Source of the DNA: a virus
Lineage: Duplodnaviria; Caudoviricetes
Strand: one strand, 5' to 3'
DNA: 44,912 nt
IMG/VR virus record: IMGVR_UViG_3300033513_000016
Span: 1 to 44,912 of that record
Position 1 is the first letter of the stretch; each line of letters opens with the position of its first letter. The notes beneath the pieces are model-generated. The model worked only from the letters and a program-made list of their open reading frames with translations. It was not told where the DNA came from and made no database searches. The position numbers and the translations under genes are program-made. Positions 28,229-38,485 of the stretch are shown in pieces.

Positions 28229-31200
28229 TTAAGCTGCTTGACGGAGGTTTGTTGAGGTATAACCCGTTACAATCTCAATATCATCCACAGTAATATCAGG
28301 GTAGAAGATCTCATCTTCTGCCGCAATAACCTGGAACATGCTACCAAATAGGTTTTGCGGTAGTGTGGGCACCAACACAACAGAACTAATATCGACTGGC
28401 AAAGCTGTATGGATAGCTGCAGCCAGTTCCGTGAAGTAGAATGTTTCGCCAAATTCCCAACGCGTGATGTCGAAGAAGTTACGAACAGTGGTAACAATGA
28501 TTGTTTTGATCTGGTTATCGGTCAATAATTGTTGCTGCGAACGAATCACTTTAAACCTAGCCTGAAGTGCTGAGTCGGCTTTTGTTCCAAACAATAACTT
28601 GAACTTACCAGCGTGCAAAACAGCTTCATCGGAAATCATTTTGTTGTTCAACAAATACGCATATGCTGTGCGCAGATCCAATGGTGTTGGAGCCACTGGT
28701 TGTGTTATTTGTGGGTTCTCTAGCCAGCTCTTCAACAGCAAGTAGTAACCTTTGGTAATCACAAATACGTCATTAATGTTGGATGGTGATGGATCTACCA
28801 AATAGTATCTAGGACTGTTGTGGAACCACGAGAAATTCAAGCTACTCGTGCCTTGATAACGTACCCACAGACCTGCACTAATAGATTGATCGTACACGTA
28901 AGAGTTGATAGATTCTGGTGTTGTTGCAGCAGGAGACCAGTCATCAGCAATCGTTGGACGCGTAAAATACACGTATTCGTTTACTTTGATCAGCAGTGAG
29001 GTATTTGGATTTCCATGAGAATCCGTTCCTTTTGTGAGCAATGTAATACGGTTAGATACTGTTTGTGTTTGGTCTTCTTGCCATGTTGGTGGTGTGCTAT
29101 TCAGCGCTGTTGCTGCAGGATCACCGCTCAAAATTTGAATATCACCTGAACCTACCGTGTATAGAATTGGCAGGACAGGAAGCTGTACGCCACCAACTGG
29201 CATTGGGTTAGGATATGTGATTGTGTTTGAAATATCAACATAGTATTTTGGTTCTATGAAGTCTGCTAGACCATCGTGTAGGACTGCATCATTAATATTC
29301 AGCCCTGGTGGAATACCTGTACTTGATGTATCCGCGGGCAAAATTGATACTCTGGATGTATCAGCCAATCCCATGTTAGGACCAGCTATGATATTTTCTT
29401 GACCAAGTACATAATATTGCCATGTTTGCTGCAGGATACCGTTTTTGTTGTAGTTGACGTTAGCTTGCAGAATATTGACTAAGTCATAGTCGGAATTCAA
29501 TGTGCTATATTCGATTACACGGTTACCGTTGTTCGTATTCCAGAATGCTGTGGTTGGGCTTTGAAACACTATACGTAGGGCATTGCGCGTAACAATATAG
29601 CTAGTAGCAAAGCTTGATTGTTGTGATACTGTAATCAGCGACGTAGTAATAAATTGTGTTGGCCAACCTGGTAAGGTGGTCGGCCCTGCACTAACTGTTA
29701 CCGCATGCCAGTCAAGTGTTGTAGTATTGTAATAAAGTGCTATCTGCGCTGGTAATGCAGATGTTGTCAATGCTGTCGCTATTCCATTCTTTTCTGTTTG
29801 AGAGAATGTACGACGATACGAACTTGCCGATACGCCAGCAATCAACAAACGAATGTAGATGTCTGTTGATGTGAGTAGTGGCTCAATGTATGTGCCAATT
29901 AACGTATCCGTATCAATGACAGGTGTTGCGGTAGATGCTGATATATTTTGCAAGTACACCATACCATCATCGCCGTAGATTTTTATGTTTTCGTACGTAC
30001 CGCTTGTATCGTGCCAAGTGATGTACTTTGAGTCACCCGCAAATGTTCTATTGATAGCGCGCAGTTTTAGAATTGACGAATCCTGCAACATAAAGCTGTT
30101 GTAGTCTTCACCGTTAACCATACGGTTCTGTGTGTAGTACACAGCTGGTGCATTTGCACGAATGTGTTCAATAGTTTCGGATGACGATGCGTTTTGTAGC
30201 GAGCTGATCAGCGTAAATGTGAAAGTAAACGTCTGCGTACGACCTAGTGCATCAACATAGGTAAAGGAAGACTGCGTGTCCACTACAGATGTTTGTGGAA
30301 CTACTACGTCTTGATCGACGGATGATCTAGCCCAAATATCGAACGAGCCTGCTGGAACGTCTGCAAATTCACCATCGCCAAATATTACACGAACCTGGTT
30401 GTTCACCAGCGTTTCGAGCTCATATTTGTTACGTTTTGGGTTTGTGTTAAAGATGACGTTCTGAGCATGTGCTAAGTCAACCTCAACCCACTCACCTGAC
30501 TTACCAGATGTTGTTTCTGGTCTATAAGGAAGTGTGGTAGCAACGTCCATAACTACACCAGTTACAGGATCTACATTGTTGACCCAAACGTCAATATCGT
30601 TTACGTTAGATGCAGGAATGATGTAAGCCTGGTTAGGTGTCACACCATCGAATGTTGTATTGAATTTTTGCAGTGTGCCTTGCTTAGTATAGCAGAAGAA
30701 ACCTGTAGTATCAGAAGCATCACCCAGACCATCTTGACCATACAGTAAAGTAAAATCTGAGTTATTGGTTGGACGACGTTCAATAATGCCGAAGTCAGCA
30801 TCTGTACCCACAGATACAAGTTCCATTGGTAGTGTTTGACCGTTTGCTACAGCGCTGTAAGAGAAAACACCTGTAGCATTTGGAATTCTGTTTATGGCGT
30901 AAAGTTCAAAGAGTACGTCTTGAATTTGGAAGCGATCACTTGGTAATACAGTACCAAATTCTTGCTGCAACACTCTATTCATTACAAGAATGAACTGGTT
31001 TTTCCAGTTGGTGTTGCTCAAGTCATTCCAGCGAATAGTTCTATTTGCTAGATTGTTTCCGGCAGCATCAATCAACGTTTCAGTAGTTGCAACAGACGTG
31101 ATCTTTACCAAACCACGAGCTGGCAATGGACGCGATGCTTTGTATGAAATGAACTTTGCCAAGCGAAGAACTGATTCTTTGCGCTGAGCGGTGGAAATGA

Positions 31201-31444
31201 AGTTTTCGTGCGCTGTAACATCAAGACGGTACGCCATCAACTCCGCAAGATATGCAAAGGTTTCAACAATTGCAATGAATTCTGACGATTCGATAAAATC
31301 GTTGAATGTTTCTGGAAAGTACAGTTTGATGTAGTCAAGAATACTCTGCTTAACTGTGTTGTAGTCAAAGGCAGCAAAGTTGATATTTTGGAAGGCGGTA
31401 TAGGCTGATTCCCAGCTTTCTGCACGCGAAACTAGTCTAGACAA
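28229..31444 (-). CDS. Baseplate wedge protein (T4 gp6-like)
   Basis: FDYNTVK, ENFISTAQR.ESV, FGDGEF..P, ETIEHIR.NAP..Y.QNRMV..EDY. GGAG RBS favours TTG 31444 (track start 31459). Confidence 0.88.
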   Translation of the reverse strand: MSRLVSRAESWESAYTAFQNINFAAFDYNTVKQSILDYIKLYFPETFNDFIESSEFIAIVETFAYLAELMAYRLDVTAHENFISTAQRKESVLRLAKFISYKASRPLPARGLVKITSVATTETLIDAAGNNLANRTIRWNDLSNTNWKNQFILVMNRVLQQEFGTVLPSDRFQIQDVLFELYAINRIPNATGVFSYSAVANGQTLPMELVSVGTDADFGIIERRPTNNSDFTLLYGQDGLGDASDTTGFFCYTKQGTLQKFNTTFDGVTPNQAYIIPASNVNDIDVWVNNVDPVTGVVMDVATTLPYRPETTSGKSGEWVEVDLAHAQNVIFNTNPKRNKYELETLVNNQVRVIFGDGEFADVPAGSFDIWARSSVDQDVVVPQTSVVDTQSSFTYVDALGRTQTFTFTFTLISSLQNASSSETIEHIRANAPAVYYTQNRMVNGEDYNSFMLQDSSILKLRAINRTFAGDSKYITWHDTSGTYENIKIYGDDGMVYLQNISASTATPVIDTDTLIGTYIEPLLTSTDIYIRLLIAGVSASSYRRTFSQTEKNGIATALTTSALPAQIALYYNTTTLDWHAVTVSAGPTTLPGWPTQFITTSLITVSQQSSFATSYIVTRNALRIVFQSPTTAFWNTNNGNRVIEYSTLNSDYDLVNILQANVNYNKNGILQQTWQYYVLGQENIIAGPNMGLADTSRVSILPADTSSTGIPPGLNINDAVLHDGLADFIEPKYYVDISNTITYPNPMPVGGVQLPVLPILYTVGSGDIQILSGDPAATALNSTPPTWQEDQTQTVSNRITLLTKGTDSHGNPNTSLLIKVNEYVYFTRPTIADDWSPAATTPESINSYVYDQSISAGLWVRYQGTSSLNFSWFHNSPRYYLVDPSPSNINDVFVITKGYYLLLKSWLENPQITQPVAPTPLDLRTAYAYLLNNKMISDEAVLHAGKFKLLFGTKADSALQARFKVIRSQQQLLTDNQIKTIIVTTVRNFFDITRWEFGETFYFTELAAAIHTALPVDISSVVLVPTLPQNLFGSMFQVIAAEDEIFYPDITVDDIEIVTGYTSTNLRQAA

Positions 31445-31455
31445 AACATTCTCCC

Positions 31456-31483
31456 TCATAAATACTATATTTGTTATTTATGA
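31456..31483. promoter_or_regulatory. Pair of opposed late promoters (TCATAAATA / TATTTATGA)
   Basis: Perfect 9-bp inverted repeat between the divergent gp6-like and endonuclease genes. Confidence 0.6.
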
Positions 31484-31490
31484 CAACAAC

Positions 31491-32438
31491 ATGAAGAAAA
31501 CAACTGAACTCTTTATATCAGAAGCTCAACAAATTCACGGAGATGAGTATGACTACTCATCTGTAGTTTACACCAATAACAAAACAAAAATCACAATTAT
31601 ATGTAAGATCCATGGTGCTTTTTTGCAGGCTCCATATCTTCATTTATTCAGCAAAACCGGTTGTCCTGTTTGTGCTATAGCAAAAAGACATACAACAAAC
31701 TTGAAACGATATGGCCAGGGGCAAAAACCTCTGTCTGCAGAATCAAACAACAAACGGCGTGCTACCAACTTGGAGCGGTACGGGGTTGACGAAGTTACTA
31801 CATCAATCGAATGGAAAGCGAATAGAGAAAAAGCGATGTTAAAGGCTCATGGAGTTGCACATCCTATGCAATCACCAGCTATACTATCTAAGCGCATAGA
31901 CCACAATATGAGTAAGTATGGTGTGCCTTCGCCAAAACAAAAACATATGGTGGGTATTTTGCCCTTACTGACAGATCAAAATTGGTTAACCGAGCAGTAT
32001 ATTGGTCTATTAAAGTCAGCAGAACAAATTGCCGATGAAATAGGAGTGGAGCGCACCACCGTACTTAACTATCTTGCTGCCGCTAATATTCCGGTGCGTA
32101 CTTGGTGCCCACAATCCGCTAAATGTATTAATTGGCTATCGTCTATTATGAAATCCCACAATATTCATATACAGCATGCGTTAAATGGAGGCGAATACAA
32201 AATTCCAAAATCTAAATTATCCGGCGACGGTTACTGCAAAGATACAAACACAATATATGAATTTTATGGTGACTATTGGCACGGGAATCCTCGTGTGTTT
32301 AATTCCGCAACATACAATACTCAAAAACATAAAACAATGGGTGAGTTATATGTTGATACAATCCACAGAGAGCAGTTAATACTAGCATTAGGATATAATC
32401 TTGTAACTATGTGGGAGAGTGATTTTATTTCGGTTTAA
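31491..32438 (+). mobile_element. Free-standing homing endonuclease-like gene (DUF723-like Zn domain, TNL(E/K)RYG repeats, HTH, C-terminal PD-(D/E)XK/Vsr-like nuclease)
   Basis: YDYS.V.Y..ICKIHG..GCPVC, TNLERYGV, DGYC..IYEFYGDYWHG, MWE. Antisense inside the baseplate operon. Confidence 0.75.
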
Positions 32439-32443
32439 CGGAT

Positions 32444-32824
32444 TTATTGTGCCGCGCCAGTGTCGATGTTAAGGTTGATTGTATTTTGCATATTCAGTTC
32501 CACATATAATAGCGTAATGCTAGCAGTAATAGAGTTTGTGTCGTAGTTTGGTACTACCGACAAAGCGACTAGGTGCACTCGTGGATCAAATGCAACAACA
32601 GCTCGAAGGTCTTCTTCCACTATGGATAGCGTGAACTGATCGAGTGGTTCAAACGCTATATCCGGAATGCGTGTGCCAAAGTTTGGCATCATCACACGCT
32701 CACCTTTTCTTGTGAATATATGGTTGAGCAGATCCAGTCGAACAGCATCAATATCAGTTACGCTAAAGGTCTTTTTAGCCTGATATTCATGCGATGAGTA
32801 ACCATTATAAAGCCCATTAGCCAT
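32444..32824 (-). CDS. Baseplate wedge subunit (T4 gp25-like)
   Basis: TRKGERVMMPNFGT, FEP, DPRV. Confidence 0.92.
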   Translation of the reverse strand: MANGLYNGYSSHEYQAKKTFSVTDIDAVRLDLLNHIFTRKGERVMMPNFGTRIPDIAFEPLDQFTLSIVEEDLRAVVAFDPRVHLVALSVVPNYDTNSITASITLLYVELNMQNTINLNIDTGAAQ

Positions 32825-32851
32825 GTATTTCTCGTTTTGTAGTGGATGCGG

Positions 32852-32859
32852 TATTTATA
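32852..32859 (-). promoter_or_regulatory. Putative late promoter TATAAATA
   Basis: TATTTATA on + strand upstream of the gp25-like gene. Confidence 0.6.
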
Positions 32860-32874
32860 TCTAGTTGCCCCGAT

Positions 32875-34443
32875 TTATCTGCGCCAATATTTGCCACGCG
32901 TAATCGTTGCACCACGCTCACTCTTACCAACTTGTGGGTCAGTATATGTAAACTCTGGTGTATGGCTAAAATCACCGCTTGTCATCACGCGAGCATATGG
33001 TTCATGGTCAGGGACTTTGTTTGTCCACATGGCTGGCTGATCGGTTGGCGGTTGAGCAGATGCAGCTTGCTGAGCTGGTGTGCCAGGTACGTTTGCAACC
33101 AAGGCAACGGCGCCACCAACGTTTACTAATGGAGCGTCAAGAGTCATCGTTCCAGCCATAATCGTCAAGTTTGAACTTCCTGCAGTCGAGTTGACGTGTG
33201 TACTTCCGTACAGCTCTACGCCGCCAGATGCTGCCGTTAGTTTAAGACTATTGGCTGAATGGACGTCAACAGATGAACCTGAAATGTTTGCAGCTGATGA
33301 TGCATTTAGGTTTATGTTTTGACCAGCAATATTTGCCGAGCCGCTAGCATTAGCACTAATATTTTGGCCTCGTACACTTACGTTGCCGGCAGGCGCTTCA
33401 AATCGGATATCACCAGTTGCTGAATACATATGAATGCCTTGTCCACCCCAGAAACGAATTGTTTGATCTGATGTGAAGTTAATATCTTGCTTGGATCTTG
33501 CACTGATTTTTCCTGTTGTGAAAATATCAATGTTACCATTTTGGTCCATTTCAATCCAGTTATTGCCTTTAGCTGTTGCAATATAGACACGCTCGTTGGT
33601 GTCATCCATGATGATTTGGTGACCTGCTGCAGTACGGAATCGGACACGGCAATTTTCCTGACGATCATCCATAGATAACGAATGGAATCCAGGTGTTGTT
33701 ATAGCATACACGGTAGAATCGTAGTTCTTATCCGTGAAGGTCGATGTTGCATCTGGATCAGCACGGTTAATACCGTAGCCTTGTGTACTTGTCCATCCGT
33801 CGAATGTTATATTGAGATCATCCTGTACATTACTGTTGGTATATACCAACGCATCTACACGAACACCTGCTACAGTATAATCAGCACCACGTGTTCTAAA
33901 TTCATAGTTTGGTTCGCTCGTATTACCGAATGCCGTATGTAAATTGTCGTACAGTGGTGCGATAGGTTGCTCGCGAGACGTTACAGGTCCAAAAGGATGT
34001 GGAACACCGGTTGTAGGTAATTCTGGGTGGCTATCGTACATGAAGCGACCATGTGGCATTGTATGGTTTGTCATTGGTGTATACACACAGCCCATGTATA
34101 TGCGCATACGAGGGTCACCATCCACGCACATTACCACTGCCTGTGCGCCAATCTTCGGAATTGCCCACATTCCGTATGCTGTTCCACCCTCTGATGTATC
34201 GTCACCTGGACCACGTGGACCTACTGTTAACTGCCCGCCAAAAGGAGACATATATGTTGCCCAAGGCAGATCATCTATCGCGTGGTCAAAGGAATCACCC
34301 CAGTGTGGGCATACAATCTTCAGGCGGCCTATTTGCTGAGGGTCGTTGGTGTCAACAACTGTTCCTATAGTTATAGTCTCAACAGTTGATTTTTGTGGAA
34401 AGCCAGCATGGAAAATTGCTTTCTGTCTAGTCTTCAATGGCAT
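32875..34443 (-). CDS. Baseplate hub spike (gp5/VgrG-like OB fold and beta-helix)
   Basis: GTVVDTNDPQQIGRLKI, LPWA, PKIGAQ, RTAAGHQIIMDD, beta-helix repeats. No lysozyme motif seen. Confidence 0.85.
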   Translation of the reverse strand: MPLKTRQKAIFHAGFPQKSTVETITIGTVVDTNDPQQIGRLKIVCPHWGDSFDHAIDDLPWATYMSPFGGQLTVGPRGPGDDTSEGGTAYGMWAIPKIGAQAVVMCVDGDPRMRIYMGCVYTPMTNHTMPHGRFMYDSHPELPTTGVPHPFGPVTSREQPIAPLYDNLHTAFGNTSEPNYEFRTRGADYTVAGVRVDALVYTNSNVQDDLNITFDGWTSTQGYGINRADPDATSTFTDKNYDSTVYAITTPGFHSLSMDDRQENCRVRFRTAAGHQIIMDDTNERVYIATAKGNNWIEMDQNGNIDIFTTGKISARSKQDINFTSDQTIRFWGGQGIHMYSATGDIRFEAPAGNVSVRGQNISANASGSANIAGQNINLNASSAANISGSSVDVHSANSLKLTAASGGVELYGSTHVNSTAGSSNLTIMAGTMTLDAPLVNVGGAVALVANVPGTPAQQAASAQPPTDQPAMWTNKVPDHEPYARVMTSGDFSHTPEFTYTDPQVGKSERGATITRGKYWRR

Positions 34444-34453
34444 ATGTTATTCC

Positions 34454-36583
34454 TTATTTTTTCGTCTTCTCAGGATTGCAGTCAGGCTTTTTATTCTTCT
34501 GTTGTGCATCCTGAACGTCGTTGCAGTTAGTTGCTTTGGCAACACGTTTCTTACCTGTATCTTTTGTGCCTGGTTGACTTGTTTGTGCTCCGCATCCTGA
34601 AGCCGCATTGTAACATTCGTCCACAGTGCCAGTAAATGTCAGTTCTTTTGGATTTTTCTTGTTGCCTTGTGCAGATTGGAAAATATCTTTTTGTGGGACA
34701 CCAATCATTTCCAATGTTTGTGTGAATTCGCCTTCGCTAAATTCGTGTTGAATTGCGCACACATAGTAGTATCCGTTATACCAGAAGTCTACCGCATAAT
34801 CACTGCTAGCAGACGTATCTCCACCACCTGTCATAAGTGCTATATCATCATTATTGCGAGGCATCATGACTCTAACTTTCGCAAATGCTGGGCTAAAGTT
34901 CCAGTTTCTGTAAACTGCATCCAGAGACGTCACAGTAGTGTCCGTATTCTCCAATTTGTTCTGATCGTATGTATCTGGAGATGTAGTCTTGTTTACTGAC
35001 CCAAGCAATGCAGGGTTACCGATGATTTTCATCTTTGCATCCATAATTTCTAATGATGCGTGCTTTGCTAGTGTATAAGCAGCTTGTACCGAGTTGTTTG
35101 GTTCGTTAGAGTTTCTAGCCGATGGCAGCTTAATTTCTGAACCAAATAGGATCGGAACGCGAGGTAATACCCCTTGTGGTGTCGACTTGCCTTTATCCCC
35201 CTGTCCAGCAAATTTTGCGGCGGCAGATTGCTGCGATGGAACCGTAACGGCTGCAGGTGATCTATTCAGTGCACTACTAAATGCACTTGACGTAGTAGCT
35301 GTTTGTAGATAAGCCATACCCATATTGACTTTCATGTCGAACTCAAGAATATCAATATTCTTTCCTGTGTATATGTAGTCAAATTCTATTGTGTTTTCTG
35401 CAATGTGTTTCGTACCCTTTGCGTTACTGCCATCGTAATTATCGAAGTCGAGAGCTGACGATGCTGGGCGCATAAACCGATCAACGTAGTATCTGACAGT
35501 ATATTCATACTGTCGTGGGTTAGTTCCAGTTATTGGTTTGGTTATCAGCGACGTATGAATTTTGTATTCATACTTTACATTGTTTTCCTGTGGATCGCCT
35601 TTTGCCGCATCGCGCAGAACAGAAGGACAATGTGCCATAATTTCCTGTATTGCAGTTTCAATACTTGTGTTTGGCTGTATTGTAAATTTTACTGGTTGAT
35701 CACAGCCATACTGGTCTTTGTATGTGGATGGTTGGTTTGTTACTTTGTATTCGTTTGGTCGAGATGCGTAGGCACCACCTACGTCCACAACGTAATTTAC
35801 TCTTGCAAGTGCTCTATCAATTTCATCTGCATCTCCACCAGCAGCGCGAACCGCTTCTTTGATGGTTTTAGATACACAGTTGAAGTACGTATTGTAGTTA
35901 GCGTTTATGTTCTTTTCGAGATTCTTGAATGTCTGCTGTAAGTTTGCACCAGCAGTGACGTTTAATGCAGCAGCGGCTTTGCTGTACTGTGGCATACGCG
36001 AAGCACCATTTTGGCACGCTACAAAATCCATCACATACTCACCACCCTGCTCTGTGAAAGAGCCGTTTACGTCATACACAATAAACTGAATAGGTGTAAT
36101 GTCATTTATGTAACCAACATAGTCACCATTGTCTGCATCGTGCGCATAACCAATGAAGAATGTTTTAAGCACAAATACTGCCTGTGCTGCGTCAATTCCT
36201 AAACTGTTGCAGCATGTTATGACTTGATCAAGAAATACCACACCTTTAGGTTCTGAAATACGTAGAGTACCTTCCACTGCAAGAGATGTAGATCTATCAC
36301 CGTGGACTGCATCAGCAGCAGTTGAGGAATACCAGGATGCATGGGTTATAACAAAGGCAGCATCAGTCATACCGTTGACTAGAATACAGTAACTTTTATC
36401 AAGCCCTGGTAGATCTTTAGGTGCAAATCTGCCTAATTGGTCAACTGGGTTTGGATGTTTCCAAACATCCAAATCTGTGCTTCCAGCGAGTGCAGTTGCC
36501 GTAGTTGTGCTGTCACAAATAGCTAAGATGTGATGGTAGCTATATGAACGATACTTCGTTAGTGGGTTTGCTGGGTTTGACAT
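34454..36583 (-). CDS. Baseplate hub protein (gp27-like)
   Basis: NPL..YRSY.Y start, IIGNP, GYYYV..I.HEFSEGEFTQTL. Immediately upstream of the gp5-like gene. Confidence 0.62.
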   Translation of the reverse strand: MSNPANPLTKYRSYSYHHILAICDSTTTATALAGSTDLDVWKHPNPVDQLGRFAPKDLPGLDKSYCILVNGMTDAAFVITHASWYSSTAADAVHGDRSTSLAVEGTLRISEPKGVVFLDQVITCCNSLGIDAAQAVFVLKTFFIGYAHDADNGDYVGYINDITPIQFIVYDVNGSFTEQGGEYVMDFVACQNGASRMPQYSKAAAALNVTAGANLQQTFKNLEKNINANYNTYFNCVSKTIKEAVRAAGGDADEIDRALARVNYVVDVGGAYASRPNEYKVTNQPSTYKDQYGCDQPVKFTIQPNTSIETAIQEIMAHCPSVLRDAAKGDPQENNVKYEYKIHTSLITKPITGTNPRQYEYTVRYYVDRFMRPASSALDFDNYDGSNAKGTKHIAENTIEFDYIYTGKNIDILEFDMKVNMGMAYLQTATTSSAFSSALNRSPAAVTVPSQQSAAAKFAGQGDKGKSTPQGVLPRVPILFGSEIKLPSARNSNEPNNSVQAAYTLAKHASLEIMDAKMKIIGNPALLGSVNKTTSPDTYDQNKLENTDTTVTSLDAVYRNWNFSPAFAKVRVMMPRNNDDIALMTGGGDTSASSDYAVDFWYNGYYYVCAIQHEFSEGEFTQTLEMIGVPQKDIFQSAQGNKKNPKELTFTGTVDECYNAASGCGAQTSQPGTKDTGKKRVAKATNCNDVQDAQQKNKKPDCNPEKTKK

Positions 36584-36608
36584 GCGTATATTCTTTATGG
36601 TATTTGTG

Positions 36609-36616
36609 TATTTATA
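36609..36616 (-). promoter_or_regulatory. Putative late promoter TATAAATA
   Basis: TATTTATA on + strand, overlapping the gp53-like stop. Confidence 0.55.
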
Positions 36617-36947
36617 CCTGCTTGATCGTTGGAGAACGGGTCAATAGGGTAGTGAATAGACGGACACGTGTTGGTAGCATAATCGTGGTACCTTCAACAA
36701 ATTCTGTGTTTACGTCGAGTATGTTGTTGTACTGAAGAATAAACCACTGCAGTGATGCGCGGCCATAAACATCAAAAGCCATAAGTTCGGGACGACGAGA
36801 ATACTTACGTACTATTGTGATAGGTACATCATCGGGCGAGGTCGCAAATGTGTTGCGCTCCCACCAAGCAATGTTATTACCATTAATGGTTGTTGTTCCA
36901 CCAACAGAATACCTACTATATTGTTGCTGATCTGATCTGGTTGCCAT
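36612..36947 (-). CDS. Baseplate wedge subunit (gp53 / LysM-like)
   Basis: RPELMAFDVYG...LQWFILQYN..G..I.LP. Confidence 0.82.
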   Translation of the reverse strand: MATRSDQQQYSRYSVGGTTTINGNNIAWWERNTFATSPDDVPITIVRKYSRRPELMAFDVYGRASLQWFILQYNNILDVNTEFVEGTTIMLPTRVRLFTTLLTRSPTIKQV

Positions 36948-36955
36948 AGCTATCC

Positions 36956-37729
36956 TTAGAAGTTGGTTAGTTGACCGGTTTTATAACTCATTAAGCTGAA
37001 CTTTTCATAATCAAGAGGTGAGTGTGTTTCAAGTAATGTGATTGACACGTCCATTTTGATGGGGAATGGCTCAGAGAATGTTGGAGACACAGCAATAAAA
37101 TCACCACCAAAATCCGTATTAACTGGAAGATAATCTACATCTTCTGGATAGGTAATGCTCAATTCCGTTAATACCACTGGAACTCTGTTGATGTTAACAC
37201 CATATGCGTGTTGTCTTGTGTCATTAGCACCAGTAGAGTACGCATACAGATATAGTATATTTGGCGGAGCACCCAACAATTCAATTTGACCGTCATTGGC
37301 TCGTTTAACCGCATTTGCTGATTGTTGTTCGGCACTCACTTTGGTACTTGATTGGTCAGTCTGCGATTTAACTCTGTTGGTCGAATCGGCTAGTGTACTT
37401 GACGATCCAAAATACGGCATACGCCACGATCTGAGTGTTTGCAGATACTGCATATTAAGTGTGGCTTCTGCTACCGTACGTGATATAAACTTGGCACCAA
37501 TGGTGAATGTACGTGAGCTTGTCTTCTTATATACCTGAATACCACCAGGCAAATGCACAGGTTGAACTGTTGCGTACTCAACACCACCTGTTTCTTGGAA
37601 GGCTGGGGTAACATTAAACACCACTTGATCAGGGTTATTAGTCAGTTTTCCGGCCACAACAGATGCTACGGATATCAAACGAACTTTATAGTTGTTTTCT
37701 TGACTAGTTGTAGTTGTATTGGTTGCCAT
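36956..37729 (-). CDS. Tail tube initiator / baseplate cap (gp48/gp54-like)
   Basis: F..TP, GAPP.L.L.AY, VPVV....I.YPEDVDY, P..M.VSITL.E. Confidence 0.62.
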   Translation of the reverse strand: MATNTTTTSQENNYKVRLISVASVVAGKLTNNPDQVVFNVTPAFQETGGVEYATVQPVHLPGGIQVYKKTSSRTFTIGAKFISRTVAEATLNMQYLQTLRSWRMPYFGSSSTLADSTNRVKSQTDQSSTKVSAEQQSANAVKRANDGQIELLGAPPNILYLYAYSTGANDTRQHAYGVNINRVPVVLTELSITYPEDVDYLPVNTDFGGDFIAVSPTFSEPFPIKMDVSITLLETHSPLDYEKFSLMSYKTGQLTNF

Positions 37730-37776
37730 CGCTTATTCCATAAATAGATCCTCGTTCTTGAGGCTCGTTTTACAAT

Positions 37777-37784
37777 ATTTATAG
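37777..37784 (-). promoter_or_regulatory. Putative late promoter TATAAATA heading the baseplate operon
   Basis: TATTTATA on + strand. Confidence 0.62.
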
Positions 37785-37786
37785 CG

Positions 37787-37815
37787 TTGACATTCAAGAA
37801 AAATCTCACTATAAT
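37787..37815 (+). promoter_or_regulatory. Perfect-consensus sigma70 promoter for the late sigma gene
   Basis: TTGACA (37787-37792)-17 bp-TATAAT (37810-37815). Confidence 0.85.
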
Positions 37816-37891
37816 GAAGTGTAAACCTCAAAGAAGGTTGCGCATTACACTCCTGTGTATACAAAAATAATAACAAAAACAAAGGTATACC

Positions 37892-38485
37892 ATGACCACA
37901 CCCGAACACGTCACACCTGTAACACCAAAACCAAAAGCATATTTGAGCAACAAAACCCTCATGGAGCATGTTCTGAAATCAAAAGAACAGGGGAAAATGA
38001 CCGACGAGCTAGCTCGTGCTCTCATGCTTCTCACAGAACGATATTCGAAGAAAGGCAACTTCGTCAATTACACATACATTGACGATATGCGTAGCTATGC
38101 TCTTATGATGCTTGTTCGTACCTGGAACGGCTTCGATCCCGCAAAAAGCAACAATCCTTTTGCATTCTTCACGCAGTGCATCAAGAACTCATTTATTCAG
38201 TACCTCAACCAAGAACGTCGCCAACGCATTGTTCGCGATGAACTCCTACTTGGCCAAGGTCTTAACCCATCATATGCATTTACCGACAATGAACGTGCCG
38301 AAGCATATGTGGACGATGAACAAGACTTTGATGCAGCTAAAGAAGCTGCTAACATACTCAAGAAAATCGAAACACAGTTTGATAGCCCTATTGAGCGTGA
38401 TGATACGGGCGAAATCATAGACAATTCGATTGAACTGGAAGAAGAGTTTGCTGTTGAGGACAAGCAAGATGAAGCAGCAGCCTAA
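37892..38485 (+). CDS. Late-transcription sigma factor (T4 gp55-like)
   Basis: YLSNK, NFVNYTYIDDM, FDPAKSNNPFAFFTQ..NSF. Upstream of gp47/gp46. Confidence 0.9.
   Translation: MTTPEHVTPVTPKPKAYLSNKTLMEHVLKSKEQGKMTDELARALMLLTERYSKKGNFVNYTYIDDMRSYALMMLVRTWNGFDPAKSNNPFAFFTQCIKNSFIQYLNQERRQRIVRDELLLGQGLNPSYAFTDNERAEAYVDDEQDFDAAKEAANILKKIETQFDSPIERDDTGEIIDNSIELEEEFAVEDKQDEAAA

Noticed and set aside
37733-38082. Short ORFs across the gp55 promoter region
   Set aside because: They overlap the promoters and gp55 in alternative frames with no coding signature.
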